Shown here piece by piece: positions 51,958-63,708 of a DNA stretch of 64,000 nucleotides. The stretch covers positions 97,022,538 through 97,086,537 of the forward strand of contig NC_068984.1 in the NCBI RefSeq assembly GCF_001194135.2, read 5' to 3'. Position numbers and translations under genes: made by a program. The notes under the pieces are model-generated. The model had not been told where the DNA came from. It worked only from the letters and a program-made list of their open reading frames with translations, and searched no databases. Numbering within the stretch: position 1 is the stretch's first letter; the number at the start of each line of letters is the position of its first letter. This stretch comes from Octopus bimaculoides (lineage: Eukaryota).

Positions 51958-53320
51958 ATCATCATCATCATCATCATCGTTTAACGTCCGCTTTCCATGC
52001 TAGCATGGGTTGGACGATTTGACTGAGGACTGGTGAAACCGGATGGCAACACCAGGCTCCAGTCTAATTTGGCAGAGTTTCTACAGCTGGATGCCCTTCC
52101 TAACGCCAACCACTCAGAGAGTGTAGTGGGTGCTTTTACGTGTCACCCGCACGAAAACGGCCACGCTCGAAATGGTGTCTTTTATGNNNNNNNNNNNNNN
52201 NNNNNNNNNNNNNNNNNNNNNNNNNNNNNNNNNNNNNNNNNNNNNNNNNNNNNNNNNNNNNNNNNNNNNNNNNNNNNNNNNNNNNNNNNNNNNNNNNNNN
52301 NNNNNNNNNNNNNNNNNNNNNNNNNNNNNNNNNNNNNNNNNNNNNNNNNNNNNNNNNNNNNNNNNNNNNNNNNNNNNNNNNNNNNNNNNNNNNNNNNNNN
52401 NNNNNNNNNNNNNNNNNNNNNNNNNNNNNNNNNNNNNNNNNNNNNNNNNNNNNNNNNNNNNNNNNNNNNNNNNNNNNNNNNNNNNNNNNNNNNNNNNNNN
52501 NNNNNNNNNNNNNNNNNNNNNNNNNNNNNNNNNNNNNNNNNNNNNNNNNNNNNNNNNNNNNNNNNNNNNNNNNNNNNNNNNNNNNNNNNNNNNNNNNNNN
52601 NNNNNNNNNNNNNNNNNNNNNNNNNNNNNNNNNNNNNNNNNNNNNNNNNNNNNNNNNNNNNNNNNNNNNNNNNNNNNNNNNNNNNNNNNNNNNNNNNNNN
52701 NNNNNNNNNNNNNNNNNNNNNNNNNNNNNNNNNNNNNNNNNNNNNNNNNNNNNNNNNNNNNNNNNNNNNNNNNNNNNNNNNNNNNNNNNNNNNNNNNNNN
52801 NNNNNNNNNNNNNNNNNNNNNNNNNNNNNNNNNNNNNNNNNNNNNNNNNNNNNNNNNNNNNNNNNNNNNNNNNNNNNNNNNNNNNNNNNNNNNNNNNNNN
52901 NNNNNNNNNNNNNNNNNNNNNNNNNNNNNNNNNNNNNNNNNNNNNNNNNNNNNNNNNNNNNNNNNNNNNNNNNNNNNNNNNNNNNNCCTGGAATGAGATA
53001 GAAGTTGTTTCCTGTTTGTTTACAGTCTTTATTGCACCTGAACATCTGCCACAAACAAAAACTAACTTGCTAGTTAACCTGCCTTTGATGTTGCTGCACC
53101 TCTTATGTGTCCATAGCTTGCACCGGGTACATCTTATAGAGTTACTACCTACTCCTTTTCTACATACTGAGCAGGGCCATCTACCTGAAGGGGTTTGTGT
53201 TTTATCTACCTTCCTACTTATTAGGATTTTGGTTTTAGCTAGGTTGACTCTAAGGCCCTATACACACAAACTAACATATGGTAAGATGCTTAAGAAAGAC
53301 CCTGAAGTTAAGTTCTAATA
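51958..53320 (-). mobile_element. Young RTE LINE 3' portion spanning an 800-N gap; intact PHD-type finger at ~53036-53257
   Basis: Open minus frame GLRVNLAKTK...WPCSVCRKGVGSNSIRCTRCKLWTHKRCSNIKGRLTSKLVFVCGRC; RTE tail at 51958-52186. Confidence 0.8.
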
Positions 53321-53950
53321 TTGTTTTTTTTAATGTAATTTCAATAGTTTTGCTCTTATCCTCAGTCTCAGCTAACAATGGTAGTTTGTGTTGTTAAATT
53401 GTAGTTTATGATGTGAAATAGTTTTTTGCTTACTGTTTTATGGTGGTCACCATTTTACATGATAAATATTTATATATTCTAAGAGCCTTCATTTAGCATT
53501 GATCATTTATGAATTATATTATTAGGACGGTTATAAGTTGTTGTCCTTTTATCCTTGTTCCCCTCCCACCCAATCCTCACCACCTCATTGATGGCTGCGT
53601 CTCTTGTTTTGTAATGTTTTTGTGCGCATGTCTGTATATGTTGTACATATGTGTAAGATGGATGTATATGCATGTGTTTACGTGTCTGTATAGGAAACAT
53701 GTCTGAATATGTGTGTGTGTATGTCTGTATGTTTGTATACAGATAGCTATGGTGGTATAGGTGTATATACAGATTATTTGTTAGTCATAGGTATATATGG
53801 GGATGTGTGTATATATGCCTGCATACATGTCATACACATACTCGCCATTGATCCTCTTGGTAGGATTGAGGGAAATGTGTAAGTTATTGAGAAATAAATA
53901 GCAGTTTTCATGAGTGATGTTGAAAGACTCATTTGGTAACAGGTGCTTAC

Positions 53951-54018
53951 AAACATCTTTTCAGAAATTTAACCATTGTCCCAAATAAACTCTTCTGAAG
54001 TCTGCTTCCTCTGGGCTG
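53951..54018 (-). CDS. Candidate internal exon of gene B (frame unresolved)
   Basis: Acceptor atttaatctag(cag) and donor TT|GTAAGC. Frame 0 reads QPRGSRLQKSLFGTMVKFLKRC; an alternative frame SPEEADFRRVYLGQW needs a weaker donor. Confidence 0.35.
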
Positions 54019-54499
54019 CTAGATTAAATGTTGGCACAATGATTGTTTAAATGTGTGAGGTGGAGAGGAGGGGGTGTAGACATACTCTTAGCAGGGAATT
54101 TGGCAGATAAAGTGATCGGGATTGTTAGTGTACAATATAGTTTAGTAAGAAAGGTTGTTCAGTGTAAGAAAATGTTAGGAACATATACGATGGGTATGCA
54201 TGGCATGACTCCAATAGGCATAAGAAATAGGCCAAGAGATGTAGTCTTTGTGTTTTAACAAATTTAACCTTTATTACTGCAAAGTTAATATAGTAGAGCC
54301 AAATGCTCTCAAATAAAAGGTAACAATAAATGGCTGTTTGCAAATTTAGAGTTAAAAGGGAAAATTATTCTGTGTGCATACAAGTGCCTATATAAGTATG
54401 TTGTGAGGTATGTAAAATCCCACTTGTGTTTGTTGTATGCAATTAAATCACTTACTAGAATTAAATGATAAATCCATACAGATTGTTAATAGCTGGTTG

Positions 54500-56750
54500 A
54501 ATGCTTAATATCAAACAGTGGCAGCTCTGAAGGTGAGTTGCTTTAATGAGTGAAAGTAAGAAAAAGGAATGCCATGCTGTCCAACGCGTGTGAGGAAATC
54601 TTCACTGACAGACTTGCTAAATACGTTGTTCACCAGTATATTTATCTTAGCATGTCTCACAAGTTGAACTGATAGATGTACACTTCCCAACATAGGTTAG
54701 TCATAAATGACTTCAGACTTAGAGCTAAACGGTCTCAGAAATGCAAACCAGTCTGGAAAAGGAAAACCTGGAAACTTAGAGATCCTTCAAACAGTCAGAT
54801 TTACAGACATTAATTAAAGCATTTGATGAAAAAGAGGAAGAGGTAGACATATAACGTAGAGGGCAATTGGAAATTCTCACAAGACAATCTACTGAAGGCT
54901 ACTGACCAAATTTGTGGTTGGTGTAAAATTCCATCCAGATCAAGGATGACATGGTGGTAGAACAGGGAAGTAGATAGAGCAATAAAAGTAAAGAGGCAGG
55001 CTTAGAAAGTTTAGAAGAATGTGCAGCATTCTAGGTTGCTAGAAGAGAATCCAGGAGGCAGGTCTAATTAGTAAGGGTAGATGCAGAACTGATGAGGCTT
55101 ACCGATGTTCTACACTAAGAAGATCAATGGCATGAGGTATAAAAGAAAATCAAGATGTTGTGGGAGAGAAATGTGTGCAGAAGGATGATTTAGTGATTTC
55201 GAAAAGAAGGAAGCACAGAAGTGTTATTATGAAAGGTTATTAAATGTAGAGAATGCATAGGAGGAAGAGAGTCTTCCTAATGTGACCCTGACAGAGAGGC
55301 CAGCCATTTGTGTTGACAGAAGTGTTATAGATAAAGTAATTAAAAAAATAAAAACAGAGAAAAGACTCTGGTCCATCAGGAAGTACCTCTGAAATGCTTA
55401 AAATATATGGCAGTGTAGGATATATATAGTCAATCAGGTTGTACAAGAAGGTATCATACCCAGTGACTGGTGTAGTAGAATCATAGTCAACTGTTACAAG
55501 GGTAAAGGACATGCTTCAGAAAGACGTAATTACAGGGGTATCAAATTACTGGACCAGGCTATGAAAGTCACTGAAAAAGTCGTAGCCCTGTTAATTAGAA
55601 TGAGTTAACCTAGATGAGATGCAGTTTGGTTCCTGCCAGGGCGGAGCACTACTGATGCTCTCTTTATAATTCAGCAACTACAGAAGTATTTAACATAAAG
55701 TAAACCACTGTACTTGGCATTCATTGACCTGGAGAAAGACTTGGAAAGGTGCCTTGATCCCTCGTCTAGTGGTTAATGTGAAGGTTAGGAGTAAACAAAT
55801 GACTAGTGAGAGCCATCCAAGCCATGTACAGGGATGCTAGCATAGTGTTAGTTGTCAATGAGTACAGCAGTGAATTTATTATGCAGGTAAGTTCATCAGG
55901 CTATCAGTTATCAATTCCCTCTTATAAGTGTGGAAGCAAAACGTGGAATCAAAGGGTCTTAAGATACTTAGCAAAGACTATACTTGGCAGGTGAACAGAC
56001 AAAACACTAATCCCTTCAGGTAAATGGCCCTGTTCCATATGTAGACAAAGTGTTGGTAGAAATTCCATATAGTGTGCTCAGTGCAAACCATGAATGCACA
56101 AGAGGCACAGTGGAATCAGAGAAAGGAGAATTTGTTTGTGGCAAATGTGTGGAAGCAATAAATAATAAGAGCACATGGGAAATAGATATTCTGAAATTCC
56201 AAAAAGGCTCCTTAGAAGTACTGGATAGTTTCAGCTTTTGAGGTTACCTAATTGGAGAAAGATACTGAGAGAGTATAGTTGCTAGAATATGAATTGGCTG
56301 GAGAAAGTTCAGAGAACTTCTACCTCTGTTGGTAACAAAAGACCTCTCTCTCAGAATGAAAGGCAGATTCTATGATGCCTGTGTATGAACAGCAATGCTA
56401 CATGGCTGTGAAACTTAGGCTGTAAATGCAGAGAATTGAAAGAAATGAAACAAGTATGCTCTGATGGATGTGCATGTATGACAAAGCACAATGTGCTTAG
56501 AGAAAAATTAGGCATATGAGGCTTCAGGTGTGGGATGCAAGAGTGAAGATTGCACTGGTATGGTCATGTGATGTGGATGGATGGGGACAGCTGTATAAAG
56601 AAGTGTCGATCACTAAACATGGAAGGAACATGTGGAAGTAGTGGATTTAGTATGATGTGGGACAAAGTGGTGAAAACAGACTTCAAGATGTTCAGCCTCT
56701 CAAAGAAGATAATGAGTGGCTGAGATGAATGCATTACAATGTGCTTGAGA
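54500..56750 (+). mobile_element. Decayed RTE LINE (EN end, RT, finger and C-terminus); its tail lies at 57180-57365
   Basis: Collinear with 28016-29548 and 53000-53320; many stops. Confidence 0.88.
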
Positions 56751-56990
56751 AGACCCATCCATCTCAGCAGAATTGAGGCTCTGTCAAGCCTTCTCCCACA
56801 ACTCATCTTTTATCTTCTGTGTCCAACTCATTTCCTATCTCAAGGCATCTATCATATTATTTTCACCCAGTGTACTTCCTATCCTGTTTCATATTCACAT
56901 TGTACCTGGACCTCCCATCTCTTTCTTCTCGTTCTCTTTCCCACTTCCAGGTGAACAACTCATGTATTCACCTCTTCAGCAAGACACCTG

Positions 56991-57030
<40 letters not shown>

Positions 57031-57102
57031 NNNNNNNNNNNNNNNNNNNNNNNNNNNNNNNNNNNNNNNNNNNNNNNNNNNNNNNNNNNNNNNNNNNNNN
57101 NN

Positions 57103-57151
<49 letters not shown>

Positions 57152-58619
57152 TCTCTCTCCCTCCCTCCACCCCACTCAGTTGAGAAGTCTTATCTTGTTG
57201 GTACTTGGCAACTTAACCAGTGCTGGTGTTAGGAAGCATTCAGTTGTAGAAACCATGCCAAAACAGACATAGAACTTAGTGGAGTCTTATAACTTGTCTG
57301 TTCCTGTCAAGCCATCCTACCCATGCCAGCATGGAAAAGGGGGCATTAAATGATGGCGGTGATGATAGTGATACACGATGGGCTCCTTTCAGTTCCCATT
57401 TACCAAATCCACTCACAAAGCTTTGGCTGTCCCAGAGCTATAGTAGAAAGCACTTACCCAAGATGACATGCAGTGAGATTGAACCAGAATCATGTACCTG
57501 TGTGTGTGTGGATGGGTGGGTGGGTGCGTGCATGCACACACACACACACACACATCTGGACAATACCAATTATTTGGGTATATATGGCTATTATATTTCA
57601 TTCTTTAAATTTTTATTTCATACAAAAGTGCCAGTCTAAATTCTGAGTCCTTTAATAGTTGGTATTTCCATTTCAAGTAACTTCTCTTCTAGCATTTGCT
57701 TGATCGTATTGACCAAAGTTGGGTTCTTTCCACCGACAAAACTATATTGGCCAAGCTAATTGACCTAGTTTTTGTCTTCCTCTTGTGTAACTCTCCTAGC
57801 TCTATAAAACCACTGCTGTTCGTTTTCAGTTATATGACTGTATTCAACAGATTCCCTGTTTTAGGAACTCACTCTATCTGTTTCTTACTATCTTATTGCT
57901 TTCACCTCACCACACTCTTACAGTTCTCTTCCCCCCTCTTTCTCTTTCTGTCTCTCTCTCTCTTCCACCCTCTCTTTACTTCTTTCTGCCCTCCACTTCT
58001 GTCATGTGTAGATTTCTCTTTCACTCTCTGCTAGTTTTTACTATGTCCCTCCTCCACCCCACATTGATTATATACTCCTCCATTCATTCCAAATTTTCTT
58101 TTTGTTAACTGTATCCCATTAAAACTGTCCTACTTTTTTCCCTTTGAGAAACTGGGACATCTAACTGACAAGAACTTTGTGGGAGGGGCAGATATAAGGG
58201 GAACAAATGGGTTTAAAAGAAAAAAGAAAAATGATTCCAAAGTCTTTTATATGACTTTTGAATTCCAAATTACTGCAGTTCCCAGTGAAAGGTGTTTATT
58301 GTTTACATTGATATTTTGCTATTATAACATCCCACAATTCTGGTTCTCAAACTCTGTCAATATTATTTACATGTTATGATGGTACCTTTGCATGGTTGCT
58401 CAACCTGCTATAAAATAGCTGCCAAATTTCCCTCAATATATTTGACATCTTTAAATGGGGAAGGACATTCATAGGATAATGCATTCTCCTAGACAGACCC
58501 CTAAAAAGACAGGATGGTGGTGGTTAGAATGCCTTTGCTGGATCAAGGCTGACCTGGAGTTTACATGTCAGCAAGAAGAGACATAGAATCTCAGAGGAAA
58601 TAATTCTTTGTTCAGATCC

Positions 58620-59720
58620 TTCCTAAGTCACCATTACCTTTTTATTCCTCCAAGGTCACTAAAACAATATATTGGAGTCAATTCCATTGACTATTGACTG
58701 TAGCCCCCACTCCACTCTTTATTCAGAAATTAGCCTCATACCTTGTGATAATCAATAGTACACTGGGGTTAAGTTCAGTTACCTACATGCTCCCTTCTAT
58801 ACTGAAGTTTGCTGATGAAGAATCAATATTTTCAGCTAAATATATGAGGTAAGCTCTTAGCAGTCTGCAATCCAGTTTTGGATTTACTATTTTATTTTAA
58901 CTTTGAGGTGGAAGAGCAACACCAGAGATCTATCTGTTGTCTTCAATATTAGTGAGGCTTTTGGCCTTGAGTGGGGTTCTGTCTATGACCTTATTGTAAA
59001 GCCTTCTTTGCTAGTGAAGTTGTATCTGTGGCTTTGGTAGAGCCTTTAATATTAGTGGAACAGATCTGTCACACACATGTTCTAAGTCCTCTGAGATTAG
59101 TGGAAGAGAAACAGAGAAAACCATAAACTGTTGATTCACTTCAGAGAGTGGAATCTTCTAAAGGTATCCGACTGCCTGGTGATGGTGTTAAACTGGAGTT
59201 TAAGTTTACTGCCTGAGAACTGTGCAGTTCATCCAACAGTCTCCACACAGTTTCCATATAACTAATTTTGCTAAGAAGGCTTGGATCAAACTAAGGTTGT
59301 GACTGAAGACAATTTCCTAATGGATCATGCAATGAAGTTGAATCTGTAACCACATGATTGCAAACTTCCTACTGAAGTCATTGAGAATAGGTTACAATGT
59401 CATTAAGGAATTATTTTTAAGTCAAGAAACAGAGAGAATGAAAGCAATGTTGATAAGATATGAAACATTGCCTTCTTCAATAATTGGTAAGGAAACAACA
59501 TTGCCTTACCAAATCACTTGTTTGTATTCTTTGATAATCCCTAGAAAACTGCTATTTAGAATATTTTCCCCCTCTTTTCTTCAATGTTGGTGCATGCTGT
59601 TTTCATTGGTATTCTAACATCCCTAACATATCAATCTGCTTTCTTCTCTATTCCAAAGAATAGCCTCCAGCCTAAGGCTTTCCATTTTGTCAACCATTCC
59701 TGTCTTAGTATTAACCTCAT
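58620..59720. mobile_element. Old LINE-derived remnants
   Basis: An ILKFADE-like RT motif at ~58795 and LINE-like composition; clade and orientation not resolved. Confidence 0.4.
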
Positions 59721-59780
59721 TAACTGTTATGTCTCACATATCAGTGTGTGTGTGCCACCATCTTTCTTTTTCTTTCTTCT

Positions 59781-59820
<40 letters not shown>

Positions 59821-60395
59821 TCCTTTAACAAAAATGCTATTATTTCCTTAGAGATATTTTCACACACTCAAACAATTTATATCGTCAATGCTTTCTTATA
59901 GTAATTACCCAAACAAGAAACTTCCTATGCAGTCTCACCTCTTGTTAGAAATAACTATCAAACCAAATCTTCTCCCACTCATACAGTATCATATAAAAAC
60001 AAATGCAAAGAACACATTGGAAAATGTAATCTTAGACATACTCCTCAAAAGACAGGATGACCATGGCTGGAATAGCTTCAGTGCTATAAAATTTTGTTAC
60101 TGCTTGGGGGGGGGGGGATCTTTCATTTTTCCATATTCCACAATGAGACATTAACATTGGTTTTTGTTCTATCCTTATTGAAACAAATGCTATACTGATT
60201 TCTATTTATTGAACTAAGTGATTGGGGAAAGTGACTTAACCAATACTAGACTGATATAAACATAAATGCACTCATACATGTTTGTGTGTATCTATGTGGC
60301 CATGATGCATATATGCATAGAAACAAAAATGAGTTAAGAGAAATAACTTGATCCAGTAGCATGTATTTGATCAACATAGACAAATACAGGGGTAC

Positions 60396-60510
60396 CTCAA
60401 ATACCATACAACACGAGTTCTTAATGTATTAGAATTATCTCCACCTAGCAATTTGAATAATCTGTATTAGTAAAAAAAATCATGCTGGCTTTTGCATTAC
60501 TTTTGGAACA

Positions 60511-60563
<53 letters not shown>

Positions 60564-60640
60564 ATACACATACAAAAACGAAATGGTGAACCTTGTTGAA
60601 GCTGCTTGTATATTATTTGTGAAAACATATTGGAGGACTT
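60396..60640 (-). CDS. Candidate gene B exons 60574-60640 (EVLQYVFTNNIQAASTRFTISF) and 60396-60461 (LFKLLGGDNSNTLRTRVVWYL)
   Basis: Acceptors aaattctctccag and tttttttactaatacag; donors TT|GTATGT and GAG|GTACCC. Phases 1-2 then 2-2 chain with exon 1 when the GTAGTT donor is used. Confidence 0.5.
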
Positions 60641-60859
60641 CTGGAGAGAATTTGGTTTTCATAACAGGAATTATATCAGAGGGTGAAGATTTCCCAATTC
60701 TTGTAACATTATATACCAACGTTTATAACATTATGTATACCAATATAAGAGGGCATATATTTACATCATTGTGTACCCATATAGAAGCGTGTGTGTGTGT
60801 GTAACACCCAAATAGGAAGGTATCATCATCATCATCATTTTATGTTGATTTTTCATGCT

Positions 60860-61240
60860 GGCATAAGTTACCCAAAGGAGCATATTCAGCATATTTTGCT
60901 TTATAAGTTCGATAAAGGCAACAACATAGTGGAAAATGTGAGGAATATTAATATTAATATGGAGATCAGACAATAAGCATAAGCCAGTGTCAATGGTGGT
61001 TTCAGAAATTCCAAGCCAGAAACTACAGCCTAGATGACAAGCCTTATCCTGGAAGATCTGTAGAGCTCAATGAGGACATCCTGTGAATTTTGGAAAAGAA
61101 GCCTTGCAAGTCTACCAGATAGAGGGAAGAGCATTGTAGAAAATGGAGAGTATATTTTAGATTTAAAGAGAACTTTATCTTAATTTTGAAAAATAAAAGA
61201 AGTATCAGAAAACCACATTATTTATGGGATGACCCAATAT
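60860..61240 (+). mobile_element. Internally deleted mariner copy
   Basis: KEHIQHILLYKFDKG...QCQWWFQKFQARNYSL; TIR cacattatttatgggatgacccaata at ~61215-61240, followed by TA. Confidence 0.8.
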
Positions 61241-61263
61241 GTATATATATGTAGTGAAACTAC

Positions 61264-61297
61264 CTACCGCCATTAGATACAAAACTGCTATCGCCAT
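61264..61297 (-). CDS. Candidate first coding exon of gene B (MAIAVLYLMA[V])
   Basis: In-frame ATGs at 61306, 61297 and 61273 (two with ATGGCG context); tandem donors GTAGGT and GTAGTT; adjacent to the promoter. Confidence 0.45.
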
Positions 61298-61339
61298 TCT
61301 TCTCATTTAAATATAAATAAATGCGAGCGTAGTAGAGAA

Positions 61340-61510
61340 CCCATTCCTTGTCATCACGTGACTGATTATTATTTGAATCGGCAACTTCTTCGAACCTTTC
61401 CCGCCAGAACGCAAACTGACCAATCACGGCCCCTAATAAGGTCACGTGATAGAGTAAAATTCTGAAGGCATTTGGAGCCCTCTTAACGCTATATATAGAT
61501 CAACTCATAC
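61340..61510. promoter_or_regulatory. CpG-rich bidirectional promoter B/C
   Basis: TCACGTGA at 61354-61361 and 61442-61449, TTTGAA 61372-61377, E2F-like TTTCCCGCC 61397-61405, GACCAATCAC around 61420, and TATA-like CTATATATAG 61489-61498. Confidence 0.75.
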
Positions 61511-61613
61511 CCCACAAATTCGTCTCGGTCCAGTTTCTCTTTGAGAACTGTTCCGTGTACCACACAACAGCAGCAGCAGCCAGCGACCATTTCAGCAGCT
61601 TCGTCCAGCCACG

Positions 61614-61622
61614 ATGACCACC
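61614..61622 (+). CDS. Probable start of gene C (MTT...), running into an assembly gap
   Basis: First ATG after the TATA-like element and a CAG-repeat 5'UTR-like stretch; ccACGATGA context. Confidence 0.35.
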
Positions 61623-62664
61623 NNNNNNNNNNNNNNNNNNNNNNNNNNNNNNNNNNNNNNNNNNNNNNNNNNNNNNNNNNNNNNNNNNNNNNNNNNNNNN
61701 NNNNNNNNNNNNNNNNNNNNNNNNNNNNNNNNNNNNNNNNNNNNNNNNNNNNNNNNNNNNNNNNNNNNNNNNNNNNNNNNNNNNNNNNNNNNNNNNNNNN
61801 NNNNNNNNNNNNNNNNNNNNNNNNNNNNNNNNNNNNNNNNNNNNNNNNNNNNNNNNNNNNNNNNNNNNNNNNNNNNNNNNNNNNNNNNNNNNNNNNNNNN
61901 NNNNNNNNNNNNNNNNNNNNNNNNNNNNNNNNNNNNNNNNNNNNNNNNNNNNNNNNNNNNNNNNNNNNNNNNNNNNNNNNNNNNNNNNNNNNNNNNNNNN
62001 NNNNNNNNNNNNNNNNNNNNNNNNNNNNNNNNNNNNNNNNNNNNNNNNNNNNNNNNNNNNNNNNNNNNNNNNNNNNNNNNNNNNNNNNNNNNNNNNNNNN
62101 NNNNNNNNNNNNNNNNNNNNNNNNNNNNNNNNNNNNNNNNNNNNNNNNNNNNNNNNNNNNNNNNNNNNNNNNNNNNNNNNNNNNNNNNNNNNNNNNNNNN
62201 NNNNNNNNNNNNNNNNNNNNNNNNNNNNNNNNNNNNNNNNNNNNNNNNNNNNNNNNNNNNNNNNNNNNNNNNNNNNNNNNNNNNNNNNNNNNNNNNNNNN
62301 NNNNNNNNNNNNNNNNNNNNNNNNNNNNNNNNNNNNNNNNNNNNNNNNNNNNNNNNNNNNNNNNNNNNNNNNNNNNNNNNTATATATATATATATATATG
62401 TGTGTGTGTATGTATATAATTTGGTGTATTGCAGTATACATAGCAATGTTTAGAACTGCATGTGTTCCTTATAGTTTGAAAGATGCATCAGGTTATTTTA
62501 TGAAATATCTTGTCCTACAATGAATTCAGAAGATGGATTGTGTGTATATAATATATACATTTGTGTACTCTTTACTCTTTTACTTGTTTCAGTCATTTGA
62601 CTGTGGCCATGCTTGAGCACCGCCTTTAGTTGAGCAAATCGACCCCAGGACTTATTCTTTATTG

Positions 62665-63294
62665 ACTGTGGAATAAATGATAATCAGATGGGGCAATGTC
62701 TGGCGAATCTGGTGGGTGGGACATCGTTTCCCATTCAAACTGCTCCAGCCTTCGGAATGTCATCCTCGCTGTATGTGACCAAACATTATCCTGAAACCAA
62801 AGATGGTCATTTTTCTTCTAGCATTGACTTGAATGACTGGTTGAATGATCAAATCCAAGTTTCTCTGCTAGTTCCTCAACAGTTATGATGGGATTTTGTT
62901 CCACCAGGGTTTGCAGAACATCCTCGTCGAGCTCAGCAGGTCTTCCAGGATGAGGTTTGTCTTCTAAGCTGTAGTTTCTAACTTGGAATTTCTGGAACCA
63001 CCGTTGACACTGGCTTACGCCTATTGTCCGATCCTCATATACTGCATTAATATTCCTCACACTTTCCATTGCATTGTTGCATTTATTGAACTCATAAAAC
63101 AAAATATGCCAAATATGCTCCTTTGTCAATTCCATTATAGCTTTGAAAACATAACTGTTAAAATCAAACTGCACTCTTCAAAACTTGCACTAAGAATAGA
63201 AGTTGCAAGTTGATGTAAGTAGTTTATCCCATCCCCCTCTGACTTTTAATTTATGCAATTGAAAAACCCACATTATTTATGGGATTACCCAATA
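62665..63294 (-). mobile_element. Internally deleted mariner copy, same family as 60860-61240
   Basis: MELTKEHIWHILFYEFNK...EELAEKLG and SHPPDSPDIAPSDYHLF; 5' TIR at ~63268-63294. Confidence 0.88.
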
Positions 63295-63546
63295 TATATA
63301 TATATATACATACATACATACATACACACTTAATGAAAACCATATTAAGTGGGGATTTCAAGATTCGCTTGTTGATTTCTCACGTCAAGAGTAAATGCTC
63401 TGTTGTTTATCTTAAAAATGCCTTAAGTCAATAGTATTAACATTCACACATACATATGTGTATATATAATATAATATATATGTGTGTGTGTGTGTGTGTG
63501 TGTATATGCATGCATAAATTTAAGCAATGTAAACTTTCTATTTCAG

Positions 63547-63661
63547 CATGACATTTCATCCGATGGAAGTGGAGATTCTGACAATGATGAAGAGGAAGAA
63601 GAAGAAGAAGAAAGTTCTGGAAATGATGAGTCGACAGGTTCAGGAGTTATTGATCAAGCAG
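63547..63661 (+). CDS. Internal exon of gene C encoding an acidic Ser/Asp/Glu-rich segment (HDISSDGSGDSDNDEEEEEEEESSGNDESTGSGVIDQA)
   Basis: Acceptor aactttctatttcag and donor CAG|GTATTA. GAA-rich and higher in GC than the flanks; followed by (ATT)n. Confidence 0.7.

Positions 63662-63708
<47 letters not shown>

Noticed and set aside
52033-53318. Long ORFs (120-392 aa) in the track, here and at ~10.4, 15.2, 33.5, 57 and 61.5-62.4 kb
   Set aside because: They are artefacts of translating through N gaps.
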